Shown: piece after piece, positions 38,906-52,897 of the stretch | Position numbering within the stretch: position 1 is the stretch's first letter | Layout of the letters: every line of letters begins with the position of its first letter | Assembly (NCBI RefSeq): GCF_006345805.1 | Contig: NC_042997.1 | Location: 111,166,001 to 111,230,000, forward strand | Length of the DNA stretch: 64,000 bases | Source of the DNA: Octopus sinensis | Lineage: Eukaryota | Direction: 5' to 3' | Notes under the pieces: model-generated | What the model was told of the DNA's origin: nothing | The model's input: the letters and a program-made list of their open reading frames with translations, nothing else | Databases searched by the model: none | Translations under genes and position numbers: made by a program

Positions 38906-39695
38906 TTCTCAAATATTGCTGAACCAGCTTCTGGATAGGAGCATCACATACGATTTACACTTATGCTTTTGCTCCGTTCTCTATTTTATCGATGACACTT
39001 ATAATACCATATGCCCTCTTTTCCCCACTGAAGGATATTTCATTTAAATATATTGCTAGGGTTATCTCCAACTTAAGTTTGGATGGTGGAATAAGGTGGC
39101 CAATTGCATTTTTTGTAAGTTAGTTGTATGTTACATTTTTTCAACTCACAGGCCTCTGTAATTGATCATGGAATGCTGGTCCCTAATTCAATGTACAAAA
39201 TGTTTTTAGCGTTCGTCATTCAGCAAAATGTCCTATATCGAGAGTTTTTTTAGTTTGAAAAGGACGCTAAAAATTTACAATTTTTCATTTTACGCCTGAA
39301 GCAATACGTTGCTCTTACCAAAAAATATAACTGGCAGCATTAGAATATCTTTTTTTCTTCTTTTAGTTCATATTTATTATAAATAATTTGCCTTGCAATA
39401 AAACATTATTATAATTTTCGCGATTCGCTTAGTGTGAACAGTGTTCTTTTGTACATTTTCAGTTTCCATTTTGTGTGTGTTGTGTGAAATATTCATAGCT
39501 TCTTTATGAGACATGTGAGACAAAAAAAAAAAAACAAGTAAATAATCTTTGTCCGAAAATAAAATAAGAACCTTACAGTTTTTGTTTTTGGCAACCCCTT
39601 TACATACATACATGCACAAATATATTTTTTAGAACCTTAACTCGGAGCACACGTAAAGCTATACAAAAAAGCATGTTAATAATGGGCTGAAGCAC

Positions 39696-39780
<85 letters not shown>

Positions 39781-40204
39781 TATATATATATACACATACA
39801 TGTACATACTTACATATATATGTATATACACATGCATATATGGGTACAGGATGTCATTCTGACAAGATGAAAAACGAGACCATGAAATACAAAAACATAG
39901 AAAACAAATAGAAAAAAAAGCATATATATATAATATATATTTTAGTGTTGAGATTCAATTTTAAAATCTGTTTTTCAGAGTGTCATACAATTTAGTTATA
40001 TACACAGGCTGCTGATGGTAATCCACTTTTGTGGGTTATCTGAAACTTAGAGTATCATTTTATTACTGACATGTGAAAAGCACCATTTGAGCATGATCAT
40101 AGCCAGTGTCACCTTACTGGCACATGTGCCAGTGGCACATGAAAAACAACATTCAATTATGGTCATTGTCAGTGCCACCGGACGGCCTCCATACACACAT
40201 ACAT

Positions 40205-43138
40205 TTGTGTACATATATGAGGAGCTATACGATAAATACAACGAGGACGAATCATTAGCCAGAAATAGGAGTAACTACGCCCCCTCGAAAGGTAAGAACA
40301 AAACACTTGATGATTTCTGTGACCACATATCAAATTACCCATATCAACATATGCACAAACAAAAACACAAACCAAACTTCAGCAAAAAAGAATGGGCTGA
40401 GTTGAACAAATTAAAACTAGATAAAACAATAACAATCAAAGAGGCCGATAAAGGGAGTGCTGTTGTCTTAATGGATACATTTTACATAACTTTGGTACTT
40501 TCTATGCTGGAAGACACAACATACTATGAAAAGGCACAAAACTAGTCAACAAAAATAATGAGGGAACTAAAATCCATATTAAACCCATACAAAGCAGGGC
40601 TCACCGACAAAGAATATGATTATATGACCAATTTCACAAGCAAAACCAGCCAATTCTACGGTATACCTAAGATCCACAAAAGTGAGAAAATAAGCAACGC
40701 ATGCAAGATAGCTACAGACAAAATAATTAAAGTCCCTAATCCTAATGACCTCAAATTAAGACCCATAATAGCAGGTCCCACATGCGAAACCCACCGCCTC
40801 AGTAACTTTTTAGACACCCTGTTAAAACCACTCCTAAAACATGTCAAAAGCTATATAAGGGACGACTTAGATATGCTCAATCACCTACCGAATACTATTA
40901 ACAAAAACACCATACTGGTATCTTTCGATGTAGTCAACCTCTACTCCAATATCCCCCACAACCTAGGACTGGAGGCAATCCAATTCTGGCTAGAAAATCA
41001 CGCCAACGAACTACCACATCGCATCAAAAAAGAATTCGTGATAGAAGGGGTTAAATTCATCCTGGAAAATAACTTCTTCGCCTTCAATGACAACTTCTAC
41101 CGACAAAAATCGGGGACTGCGATGGGTACACGAATGGCCCCCTCCTTTGCCAACCTAGTCATAGGATATCTAGAGATCAGTCTGTATCGTAAGGTTCTAG
41201 AAAGATATGGCAGCCCTTTTCCATCTACATAGAAAACAACTGGAAGAGATATCTAGATGACTGTTTCATCCTTTGGCATAAAAATATAGAAAAACTCATA
41301 GAATTCCAGGAAATTTTAAACAGACTGGACGTAAACATCCAATTCACGATGGAATATAGCCAGCAACAACTCCCCTTCTCGATATCCTCATTAAGAAAGC
41401 TAATAATATAATAGAAACAGACATATATTATAAGCCTACAGACTCTAAGCAATATCTTCCATTCAATTCATGCCACCCCAGACACACCAGGATGAATATC
41501 CCCTTCAACCTAGCAAAAAGGATATGCACTATAGTCTCGAACGCAACACCAGAGACACACGACTACAAGAACTAAAAGATACCCTTATCACCAGGAACTA
41601 TCCACCTTCACTTATTGACAAGTGCATTCAACGTGCCCTTCAACTTAACATCAAGAACTGAGCATCCCAAATCAAAGAAAAACTTACAACCAAAAGCCTT
41701 ACCATACATCTCCACACACAACCCTCTCAATAACGAAGCCTTCGGCACCATCCTCCACAACATACCCCTCCTAAAAAAAGACCACAGAATGAACACAATC
41801 CTCCAAACACACATGATCATAAAAAGCAAGAGACAGCCTAAATCCATGAAAAGTCTCCTAACACAAGCCCGAATTCACACTTCAACACAGAAGCCGACAG
41901 TAAAAAAATGTGGAAGACCCAATTGCGGGATATGCGACTATCTAATTGAGGGATCAGAGTTCTCCTTCAAACAGGGACAAAACGGTTTACAGTGAAAAGC
42001 AACTTCACATGTGCTTCGGAGAACCTATATACTCACTAACTGCTCCGGGTGTCAAGAGCAGTACATAGGCCAACAAAAAATAGTTTGCGTAAACGAATGG
42101 CCCTGCACAGATCCCAGATAAAAATTCCCCAAAACAGAAAAATAGCTTTTAGCCAACACATAGATACTTGCGCCAACAAAAAAACACCAAGCTTCAGGAT
42201 TTTCCCCCTCTACCAATTTAGGGACGATACAACCTCGAGACAACGAATAAGTAAAGAAACTCTCTTTATTGCAAAATACAGGCCACTTCTTAACGGGTCT
42301 ACGACAAACAATTAATATACCTCAACTTTAGAATAAAAGAAATATTCACACACAAATATTACATTCCAAAGAATCCATTACTAATCACAGCTATAATCCA
42401 TAACATACCAACTTCAAGTCATACAACACCTCACTACTTTAACCCATTCATATTCTCCCTTCTCTGTTTTTTTCTTCTTCTTCCTCTTCTTCTTCATCAT
42501 CATCATTATCATCATCATCGTCGTCATAATCATCACCACCATCACCATCATCGTCATCTTCTCCTTCTTCTTCTTCTTCTTCATCATCATCATCATCAAC
42601 ATCATCATCTTCTTCTTCTTCTTCTTCTTCTTCTTCTTCTTCTTCTTCTTCTTCTACTTCTCCACCTCCTACCCCTTAACTTTGTCACTAATGTTTTTTA
42701 GTATAACACCTATGCAAATTCTATAAACAAGCCTTTCAATATAAATATTCTCCTGAATTGAACTGCAACTGCCAGCCGCCACTGACCATTCAAAATACGA
42801 CCATCAGGGCACTCCCAGATCTTCCCACCCCCTTTCCTCACCAGCCTTCTTCCTCTACTACCCTACCAAGAACTCACAACGACCTCCAACACACAAGTGC
42901 AAACAAGGGAGTCAGAGAAAGGCAGAATGCCACTTAAATCTGAACACTACTATAGAAATATTCCTTTAAAAAAACTTTTCTTCTAATTTTTCTAAATTTA
43001 ATTATTTAATCGTTACAGTTGAAAAGGTCTCAAAATGACCGAAACCGGTACTGAAATGTTCACTATAAAATTATTTTAGCATTTTCTATTTTTGACTTGT
43101 TTTTTCATATATATCAACTCGTGTTCCTTTTCACCCTT
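40205..43138 (+). mobile_element. Penelope-like element (Neptune-type RT-ZnF-GIY-YIG), 5'-truncated and frameshifted
   Basis: IKEADKG, FYGIPKIHK, LRPIIAG, SFDVVNLYSNIP, GTAMGTRMAP, RYLDD (41247-41261), CGRPNCGIC linker and C..C...YIG..KNSLRKRM..H; 3' UTR with a ribozyme motif. Confidence 0.95.
43013..43056 (+). ncRNA. Type I hammerhead ribozyme motif (U3-A8 variant) at the PLE 3' end
   Basis: CAG-TTGAAAA-GGTC-tcaaaat-GACC-GAAA-CCGG-TA-CTG. Confidence 0.8.
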
Positions 43139-43211
<73 letters not shown>

Positions 43212-43227
43212 CATACACACATACATT

Positions 43228-43266
<39 letters not shown>

Positions 43267-43298
43267 TATATATATACATACATACACACATACATGTG

Positions 43299-44440
43299 AT
43301 CCTGTCTAACAGAACCCAACATGTTGTAGTCGAAGGAGTCAAATCCAGCCAGCCAAGTCAGCAGTGGTGTCCCACAAGGCACTGTGTTGGGCCTACTTCT
43401 CTTCATCATCTACACAAAGATATTACTGACACCATCACCACAGTAACATCAGAACCTTCGCTGAGGATTCCAAGCTCCAGAAGGTCATCAATGGCGTGGA
43501 TGACCGAATATAAACTTCAGTCAGACCTACTGGCTGTTGTCCAATGGGCGGAAAAGAATAACATGTTGCTAAATGAAGACAAATTCGAACTGATCCACTT
43601 TGAAGGGGGACGCTCTGAAACTCCCATACTCTCTTCCTTCTGGAGAAATTCTCATGGCATCCAACAACATCAGAGACCTGGGAGTAACAGTGGACAACAA
43701 CATAAGCTGGGCTACACATATAGACAGCAGCAAAGTTGACATGGCCTGCAGAATGTGTTCCTGGATTCTCAGAACCTTCCAGTCGAGAGATTCCCACGCT
43801 ATTATCCTTCTCTTCTCCACTTTTGCCCGACCCCACCTTGAATACTGCTGTCCACTGTGGTCTCCCTACACAAAACAAAATATTATGAGAATTGAAGCTC
43901 CCCAAAGGTCAATCACAAAAAAGATAGATGGCATGTCAGACCTTGACTACTGGGGTAGACTAGAGAAGCTGAAATTGTATTCACTCCAACGATGCCGTGA
44001 ACGCTACATTATCTGTATGATGTGGAAAATATTCCATCAGCACTGTCCGAATGATGTTGGCATCACCTTCAAAAAAATGCATCCAAGGCTTGGACCACGT
44101 GCCATCCGTCCACAACAAAAATCTAAATCGCATCACATAACGACAATACGGCACAACTATTTCACCTCAATTGGACCCGCTCTCTTCAACATTACACCAG
44201 GACACGTCAAAAAAAAAGAAACTGACCACACAAAATTCAAGAAGTCTTTGGACAAATTCCTTCAAACAGTCCAGGGACAAACCCCCCCACCCGGATATGT
44301 CTCCGCAAACAATAACTCTCTGCTCGAATGGGCCTTGGTGCCCAAATCCTCTGAACTGAAAAACTTCGCCAGGTGGTGCTATTAAGTAGGACATGGCTGG
44401 GCAATACTGGCCAAAACCTTTTAAGTTATTCTAAGTTATA
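43299..44440 (+). mobile_element. CR1-group LINE 3' half (RT), frameshifted
   Basis: LSNRTQ.V, SGVPQGTVLG, LQSDL...WA..N.M.LN..K, IRDLGV, RPHLEYC..LWSP and LYSLQR.RER motifs. Confidence 0.92.
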
Positions 44441-44478
44441 TATCTATATATATATGTATATATATATATATAGATATA

Positions 44479-44519
<41 letters not shown>

Positions 44520-44959
44520 TACATGTATGTATATAACATATTAGTTGGAATTTACAAAAGACAAAGATGAAAACAGGTCTATAAACAACAGCAGGTGTAA
44601 TTAGTTTAACGCCCAGGAAGGTGATATATATATATATATATTATATATATACATATATTATTATATATATATATTATATATATACATATATTATATATAT
44701 ATTATATTATATTACATATATTATATATATATAATATATATATATTATATATATACATATATTATATATATATATATGTATGTATGTATTGTATATATAT
44801 ATATCTCTAAAAGCATATCTCTAAAATTGTCAAGAAGGCCGAGGGTGTCTTGGCATCACTCAGCAAGACTTTTGTTAGCCGCTCTCAGCCATCTAGTTAA
44901 AACTGTATACAGCTATGGTACGACCACACTTGCAATTCGCATCATCAGTTTGGAATCCC

Positions 44960-45435
44960 TATCTTGCTCAGAACATTGACCTCCTGGAATCTGTCCAGAG
45001 ACGTGCAACCAAACGCATACCCTCCATCAGACACCTACCATATTTGAGCGCCTTGTTTCCCTGGGCATGGATTCACTGAAGCTCCGGCGTCTAGCAACGG
45101 ACTTGGTAAACACCACAAGGTTATCAACCACCTCACCAACAACAACACTGAACACCTTTTTGATCTCCATGTGTCTAACACAACGTGGACATGCCTACAA
45201 AGTCAGAAAACAGCACAGCTCCCATGACTTTCGGAAACATTTTTTCACGCTCAGGGTTGCTGAAGCGTGGAATAAACTGCCTGCAATCAGTTGTTGACTG
45301 CCATGACACTGCATCCTTTAAGGCCCTCATGCTTCCCGAAATCCGTCGAAACTACACCTGATTATATATACACTTTAGATGAGTTGTAGTGCACCTGAGC
45401 ACTGTACACAATTATTATTATTATTATTATTATTA
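44960..45435 (+). mobile_element. CR1-type LINE 3' fragment with an (ATT)n tail
   Basis: LESVQRRATK, SLKLRRL..DL and RGH.YK.....RKHFFTLRV...WNKLP motifs. Confidence 0.9.
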
Positions 45436-45530
45436 TATAATAATTATTTGAGGGAATATTATTCCTAACTTACAGGGAAAAATTCAATTTAGAAATACTA
45501 AATCAAATTTCACAAAATATAATATATATA

Positions 45531-45830
45531 TATAAAAATTAGAAAAAATACCTTTTATCAATTCAAAATGAACAATTAAATTACACCATCTAGAAAATTA
45601 CATATATAAGAAATATTAAAATTAAAATAACAATAATATACCAAAGATTAAGTAAATTGCAAAAAAATATTAAAAACATATATATTATTTTTCTTCTGCA
45701 ATTTACTTAATCTTTGGTATATTATTGTTATTTTAATTTTAATATTTCTATTATATGTAATTTTCTAGATGGTGTAATTTAATTGTTCATTTTGAATTGA
45801 TAAAAGGTGTTTTTTTTTCTAATTTATATA
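45531..45830. repeat. AT-rich inverted repeat (~130-bp arms)
   Basis: 45531-45660 pairs with 45698-45830. The upstream CTTACAGGGAAAAATT is shared with the 15290 element. Confidence 0.88.
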
Positions 45831-46395
45831 TATATACACATGTATAGTGTATATGTAAATACACTATGTATGAGTATATATACATATACAAATATGTATA
45901 TATTCATATACACATGCATGCATATATACATACACATGCACTCACACACACACATGTATGTATATACGTATGTATGTATGTATGTATGTATGTATGTATG
46001 TGTGTGTGTGCATGTATGTGTGTATGTATGTATGTATGTGTGTATGTGTGTATATATGCATGTGTGTATGTATGTATGTGTATATGTGTGTATGTATGTA
46101 TATATGTATGTGTGTGTATGTATATGTATGTGTGTATGTGTATATGTGTGTATGTATGTATGTGTATATGTGTGTATGTATGTATATATGTGTGTATGTA
46201 TGTATATGTATATGTGTATGTATGTGTGTATGTACGTATGTGTGTGTATGTATGTAGGTATGTGTATATGTGTGTATGTATGTGTATATGTGTGTATGTA
46301 TACATGTGTATATGTGTGTATGTATGTATGTGTATATGTGTGTGTGTATGTATATGTATGTATGTATGTATGTATATATGTATGTATCTGTGTAT
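45830..46395 (+). repeat. (GTAT/GT)n microsatellite
   Basis: Direct reading. Confidence 0.95.
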
Positions 46396-47156
46396 GTAAA
46401 AGTTTTACAATGCAGGAAAGCAGACGCTAAGATTCAAATTATCACGAGAACATCGTTGGAAATTGGCAAAGCAAAACAATATATTTGTGCGCATGGACAC
46501 ACTCATACACGCACACGCATGCACAAACGCACGTGCTTAGAAGCCCCACCCACCCACACACACACACCTATCGTGAACAGAGAGTCGAGTGGGAGACAAT
46601 GTAATGAAAGAGAAGAGGAATATCACCGTCGATGATGGGTTGGAGGGGTAATGTGGAGGAGATGTGCCATGAGGGAGAGAGAGAGAAGCAGAGAAATGGA
46701 GGGAGTTGATGGTAGTGCGGGGGGAGGAGGAGGGGTAGAAGGAGGTATAGTTATATTGTATAACAAATTCGAATAAATGACGTCACGAGTAGGCTACGGA
46801 GAAGACGGGAAATATTTTATAGATTAAAGACATTAAAGAAAGTGGGAGGTGTTGTTGGAAGGATTAAGTAAGAGGAAGAGGGAGAGAGAGGGAAGAGATG
46901 GGGGAGAGAGAGGGGAGAGATGGGAGAGAGTGGAAGTTGAACGAAGATTATATGAGGATGAAGTGGAGAGGAAGAAAGAGTAACCGAGAGGGGAGAAATA
47001 GGGGGGAAAGAGAGGGAAATGATGGAGAGGAAAAGGGAGAGGAAGTTGGAATTTGTAAAGAAAATATTAATGTGTGCATGTGTATATGTGTGTGTGTGTA
47101 TATGTACATATATATATATATATATATATACTAATATATATATATATGTACACACA

Positions 47157-47422
47157 CTAGCATGGGTTGGATGGTTTGATCGGGGTCTGGGAAACCAGGA
47201 GGCTGTGCCAGGCTCCAGTCTGATATGGCAGTGTTTCTACAGCTGGATGCCCTTCCTAACGCCAACCACTCCGAGAGTGTAGTGGCATTAGAATGTGCAT
47301 CCAGCTGTAGAAATCCTGCCAGATCAGACTGGAGCTTGATGCAGCCTCCTGGTTCCCCAGACCCTGGTCGAACTGTCCAACCCATGCTACGATGGAAAAT
47401 GGACATTAAATGATGATGATGA
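47157..47422. mobile_element. Head-to-head pair of RTE-tail repeats forming a hairpin
   Basis: 47157-47263 pairs with 47284-47390. Confidence 0.85.
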
Positions 47423-47729
47423 TAAGGAGGAGGAGGATATATATATATATATATATACATATGTATATATGTGTTTGTGTGTGCATGTGCATGTATGTAA
47501 ATGTATATGTATATAGATGCAGGAATGGTAAGGAGTTTGCTTCCGCAACCACATGGTTCTGGGTTCAGTCCCACTACATGACACCTTGGGCGAGTGTCTT
47601 TTACTATAATCTCGGATCGACCAAATCCTTGTGAGTGGATTTTGTAGACGGAAACTCAGAGAAGCTTGTCGTGTGTGTGTATGTGTGCGTGTGTGAGTGT
47701 GCGTGCATTTTGTGTGTAAGTATTTATTG

Positions 47730-48797
47730 TGCCGTAAGTAGTTTGCTTGCTAACTACATAGTTCCGAGTGGATACCAGCTCTTGTCTCATTCGAAGATTT
47801 CTGCTATCCAGATGTAAAACTATGTCATGAAATTTAATGGTAAATTGTAAAATTAGTAAAGCTTGTATGTCCTTGGGAGAAATTGCAGACGTTTCGGACA
47901 AAATCCTTTTTTGCTGAAAGAGAAAACTTTTCTTCATCTTTGGTCTACGGAACTAGATTTTTTGCACAATACTTTTTAAGGAACTTTACTTATGAATTTC
48001 CCTCTATCTATCACCATCAATCTCTTTTACACCTTCCCCTCTCTCTATATATTTACCAGAATTTTTATCACTTTCTCTTTGTATATGTATTGTCTCTCAT
48101 GCTTGCTGTCCTTCCTCTTGCTCTTCATACGACATAATCGCTTTCAGTTTGTTTAAAACTTCGTCTTTTAATGGTAACTTTCATTTCATGAAACTCAGCT
48201 ATCATGCAGAAAATGTTGGCTTCCAAATCCTGTTTTCTGATGAGGTAAACTTTAAACCTCAATAATATTCTTCTAAAATCTTTCTGGAATGAATAAGTCA
48301 CAAAAATGGATTCAGCCTAAAAACGAACATCAATATACTAAATTTTTAAAATTTCACTTATTTTAAAAAATTCTTAAATCTGTAAGAGCAACAGATTTCT
48401 TCCTGTCTCGATTTGTCTGTCCATATAATAATATAAAAATCTCTCCCACTGATAAAAAAAACCTAATAAATATAAATATAGGACTAAAGAGAATAACAAA
48501 ACTCTAAAGGATATAGATAACATTAATCTTTCCCACTCTTACTCAAATAAAAAATTCAAAAGGAAAAATGTTGTATGGCTAAATATTCCCTTCAACTGCA
48601 CAATTTCTAGAAACATATATGGCAAATTTATGTCCATAGTAGAAACACACTTCCCTACTTCCTATAAATATTATAAAATAATTTCTAGTAAATCAGTGAG
48701 AATATCATACTCTACTCTTCCAAATATGGCTACCATAGTAGCTAGACTAAATAGAAAAAATATTTAGCCAGAAATGTTATAAATAGCAACAACAACA

Positions 48798-48851
<54 letters not shown>

Positions 48852-50685
48852 TTAATATAAACAATAATAATAATAATATCAATAATATAAATAATAATAA
48901 TAAAAATGTGGAAAGTGAGGAAATAGAGAAAAAATTCATAACAAACAACCCTAACTTACATAACAATATAATTATAGATAAAGAAAATAACACTAATGCT
49001 AATAATAGCTCTAATAATGAAAATGAAAACAGCTTGTTCCTAAATAATACTAATATCAGAAATCATTCCTCCAGTTGTAATTGTAGAATTAGATCAAGGT
49101 GTCCGGTATCTGGTTCAAAACGTAATTTATAAATGTACAGTAATGACTTCAAATAATAGCTATTTTTATTTCGGATGTTCGATAGATCTAAAGAAACGCC
49201 TGAACAATCATTTCTCTAGTTTTAGACTTAAACTTAAGGCGGGTTGCACAATGCTGTCCAGTAAAATTTGGGAATTGAAAGGAAAAAATATCGAATTTAA
49301 CCTAAAATGGGATATAATAAGAAAGGCACAGCCTTATAAAAATAGTAGAGATGGATGTGAACTTTGTTCTATGGAGACATATGAAATTTTGAAACATAGG
49401 AATAATATAAACTTATAGAATAACCGTTCTGAACTAGGAGTATCCTGCATACATTGTGCCACCCGTATTTTTTAGTATTTCAAATAATAGTATTCTGACC
49501 ATTCCTAAATTTTCAAATCTTAATGTTTTATAACCAAATAAGGGAAATAATATACCATACTAGCTTTTATTTAATCTGCATAGATTATTAAAAAATTTTA
49601 TAATATAAATAAATTGAATAAAGTGAAATTTAAAATCTTTTAATACTTTCCTATATAGAATTGCATAAATTCTATATATTTAGTGAAATTATTTAGTTCA
49701 TCTTGATTACCTCCCTTCCATCACATTTTAATATATCTTATAGGCTCTTGATATATTTGCTAATTGATAAGGTTTTTTTTTTACAGGTAATAAACATTAT
49801 GTCTAGCATATTCCTTTAATTTAACTCATTAATAAAAATAAATCACTATTTACTAACTAACTATAAATCTGTATTAATAAAAATTGATATATATATATAT
49901 ATATATTTATATAAATATGAAATGATTTCTATATTCTCCATCCCTATATGAAATACTAAAATTTATTGGAATCCTTTGGAAAAAACTATCTAAAGGATAT
50001 TTATTTAAATTCACAAGCAGGATTTGGCTGTTAAATGGTTAAGAACATTAGAAATCTCTAGAGCATTAGTAGTCTCTATTCTCCCTACCCCACTAGCTTC
50101 AGCCTACTAACTTTAGCTAAAATACATTAAAATATGCCAAAGTTAAATTCCTCATAATGGGGTTGGATTTATAACTTTGACATTTGTACTACCCCTTCCT
50201 CTATCTATAGATATAGAAAAAATTCTTGTTTGTCTTCATTGAACCAAATAAGAAACCCCCTTCCCATTGATAAATCTAAATAACAAAGTGAACTCAGTGA
50301 TAAAAAGTCTGCCCATGGGGAAGGACCTTCTACTGCCATGTTCTTAATGATGAAATTAACCTCTCTCTATATATATCTACCCTCTTTGTAATGTTGGCAA
50401 ATGAAATAAGTATAAAAATGTGCATTGTCTATTTAATTAAAAAAAATTCTATATGTGGCTGAAGATTGCACTACATTTTAAAACTGATGTAATAGTTACA
50501 TTGTTTAATAAAATGAAGTAGCATGAAACGATTGTACTACACTACCTTGGATATCCTTGCTGCTTATTTTGATTATAATCACCCCATTTGATTTATATGG
50601 ATAATACCATACCAAATTCTGGTGCCTTTAAATTAAGTACCATATTCATCTGAATCTACATTTTGCTGAACTTATAATACCATAC
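47730..50685 (+). mobile_element. Penelope-like element with GIY-YIG but no recognisable RT core; long 3' UTR with a hammerhead motif
   Basis: RKNVVWLNIPFN (48560), SYSTLPNM, CNC....CP, YFYFG....KKRLNNH.SSF, KWDII.KA.PY and CELC motifs. The left boundary is uncertain. Confidence 0.8.
50454..50541 (+). ncRNA. Type I hammerhead motif with long stem II
   Basis: TGTGG-CTGAAGA-tTGCACTACATTTTA...TAAAATGAAGTAGCAt-GAAA-CGATTG-TA-CTACA. Confidence 0.78.
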
Positions 50686-50789
50686 AATATGTATATATGT
50701 ATATATATATGTATGTATATGTATGTATATATGTATATATATATATTATATATATATATATATATAATATATATATGTATATATATATG

Positions 50790-50828
<39 letters not shown>

Positions 50829-50968
50829 ATATATATATTATATATATGTATGTATATATATATATATATATATATTGTATGTATTATATATATATATATA
50901 TAGTATATATATGTTGTATATATATATATATATATATATATGTATTATATATATTATATATATATATG

Positions 50969-51011
<43 letters not shown>

Positions 51012-51224
51012 ATATATATATATATATATATATAGATATATATATATATAATATATATCTATGTATATATTATATATACATACATATATATATATATATG
51101 TATGTATGTATATCTATATATATACATACTATATATATATATATGTATGTTATATATATATATATAATATACATACATATATATATATTATATATATATA
51201 TTATATATATATATATTATATATC

Positions 51225-51258
<34 letters not shown>
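50685..51258 (+). repeat. (TA)n microsatellite
   Basis: Direct reading. Confidence 0.97.
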
Positions 51259-51259
<1 letters not shown>

Positions 51260-51465
51260 ATTAGTGAATGGAAGAAATGGAGCTGAACGAGATTCTACAG
51301 AATTCCTTTTATTACATTCTACACATGTTTTCAAAGGCACAAATTTCCGAATTCTGATTGAATAAGGATCGGAAATTTGTGGCCTTTGAAACATGTGTAG
51401 AATGTAATAAAAGGAATTCTGTAGAATCTTCGTTCAGCTCCATTTCTTCCATTCACTAATTATAT
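51258..51465. repeat. Near-perfect foldback (~92-bp arms) carrying the 3' half of a hammerhead (GAAA-CATGTG-TA)
   Basis: Arms 51258-51350 and 51369-51465. Confidence 0.9.
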
Positions 51466-51610
51466 TAAACTTCAATTATCCGCGCCAACGCACAGTTGCA
51501 ACACCCTATGGTCATAACTCCAACCGTGTTTTTTCTGCTGTGATTTTTGCTACCCAGGTATCGGTTAAACTTTTGAATAATCCGTAACGAGATAATTCAT
51601 CTTTCCATTT

Positions 51611-51653
<43 letters not shown>

Positions 51654-51820
51654 TTAGATGGGTTAGAGGTTAAAATAACCATCTAAGGGATAGAAGTATC
51701 CATTGCATTACTGGTATATTACCTATGTTTAACATGGGTATACATATGCAAACATATTATGCTCATAAATTATAGGTAAAGACAAGGATAAACATGGGTT
51801 TGTCAAGAATTAAAATTTAA

Positions 51821-52260
51821 AGAAAACAGAAAATGGAGAAATATTGATGAACAAACAATTGACTTACATCAATTATCATTTATCAATTCAATACAAATAG
51901 GCTGCATCCCATCTAACAGTTGTTTTTAATTTCAATGTTGTATGGTGTTGCCATTGATATACTAAAATATTTATATTTGGTAATAAACCTGATGTGAAAC
52001 ATGGAACTTCATCAGAGCCAAGAATAAAGAAGTGCATAGAGTAGAAAAAGGGAAAGTTGAACATGGCTGTAATCAATTCATTTTGCTTATGTATCTCTTT
52101 GGGACGTTTTTACTTAAATATATATCAATGTCTATACCATACAACATAGGAAGCAGAAACAGCTGTTAGATGGGATGCAATCTATTTGTATTGAATTAAT
52201 AAATAATAATTGATGTAAGTCAATTGTTGTTCATTGATATTTCTCTATTTTCTGTCTTCT
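51821..52260. repeat. Inverted pair of diverged repeats carrying split hammerhead halves
   Basis: 51821-51975 pairs with 52110-52260. Minus-strand CTGATGA near 52015; plus-strand GAAA-CAGCTG-TTA near 52156. Confidence 0.75.
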
Positions 52261-52271
52261 TTATATATATG

Positions 52272-52653
52272 CGCAGGAGTGGCTGTGTGGTAAGTGGCTT
52301 GCTAACCAACCAGTCCCACTGCGTGGCACCTTGGGCAAGAGTCCTATGCTATAGACCCGGGCCGACCAATGCCTTGTGAGTGGATTTGGTAGACGGAAAC
52401 TGAAAGAAGCCTGTCGTATATATGTATATATATATATATATGTATGTGTTTGTGTGTCTGTGTTTGTCCCCCTAGCATTGCTTGACAACCGATGCTGGTG
52501 TGTTTACGTCCCCGTCACTTAGCAGTTCGGCAAAAAGAGACCGATAGAATAAGTACTGGGCTTACAAAGAATAAGTCCCGGGGTCGATTTGCTCGACTAA
52601 AAAAGGCGGTGCTCCAGCATGGCCGCAGTCAAATGACTGAAACAAGTAAAAGA
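52272..52653 (+). mobile_element. SINE family A
   Basis: Matches 23652-24035. Confidence 0.9.
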
Positions 52654-52686
52654 GTATATATATATATAATTTAAATCTATATCTTT

Positions 52687-52775
52687 ATGCAGCTGAGGAT
52701 TGCTCTGCATTTAAATTGATGTAAATGATTGCATTCTTCAATTAAATGGAGTTGCTTGAAACGATCGTACTGCAT
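52687..52775 (+). ncRNA. Type I hammerhead motif with long stem II (solo pLTR fragment)
   Basis: ATGCAG-CTGAGGA-...-GAAA-CGATCG-TA-CTGCAT; paralogue of 50454. Confidence 0.82.
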
Positions 52776-52897
52776 TACCTCTGGATATCTTTGTTGCTTA
52801 TTTTGATTTTAATATATATATATATACATACACACACACACACACACATGTATATTTGCGCGCGCGCATGCGTTTGTACGCATACATATATATAAAG

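Noticed and set aside
46778-46785. Perfect CRE TGACGTCA
   Set aside because: A single 8-mer is expected by chance in 64 kb.
48237-48265. CTGATGA-GGT...ACC hairpin
   Set aside because: Not followed by GAAA.
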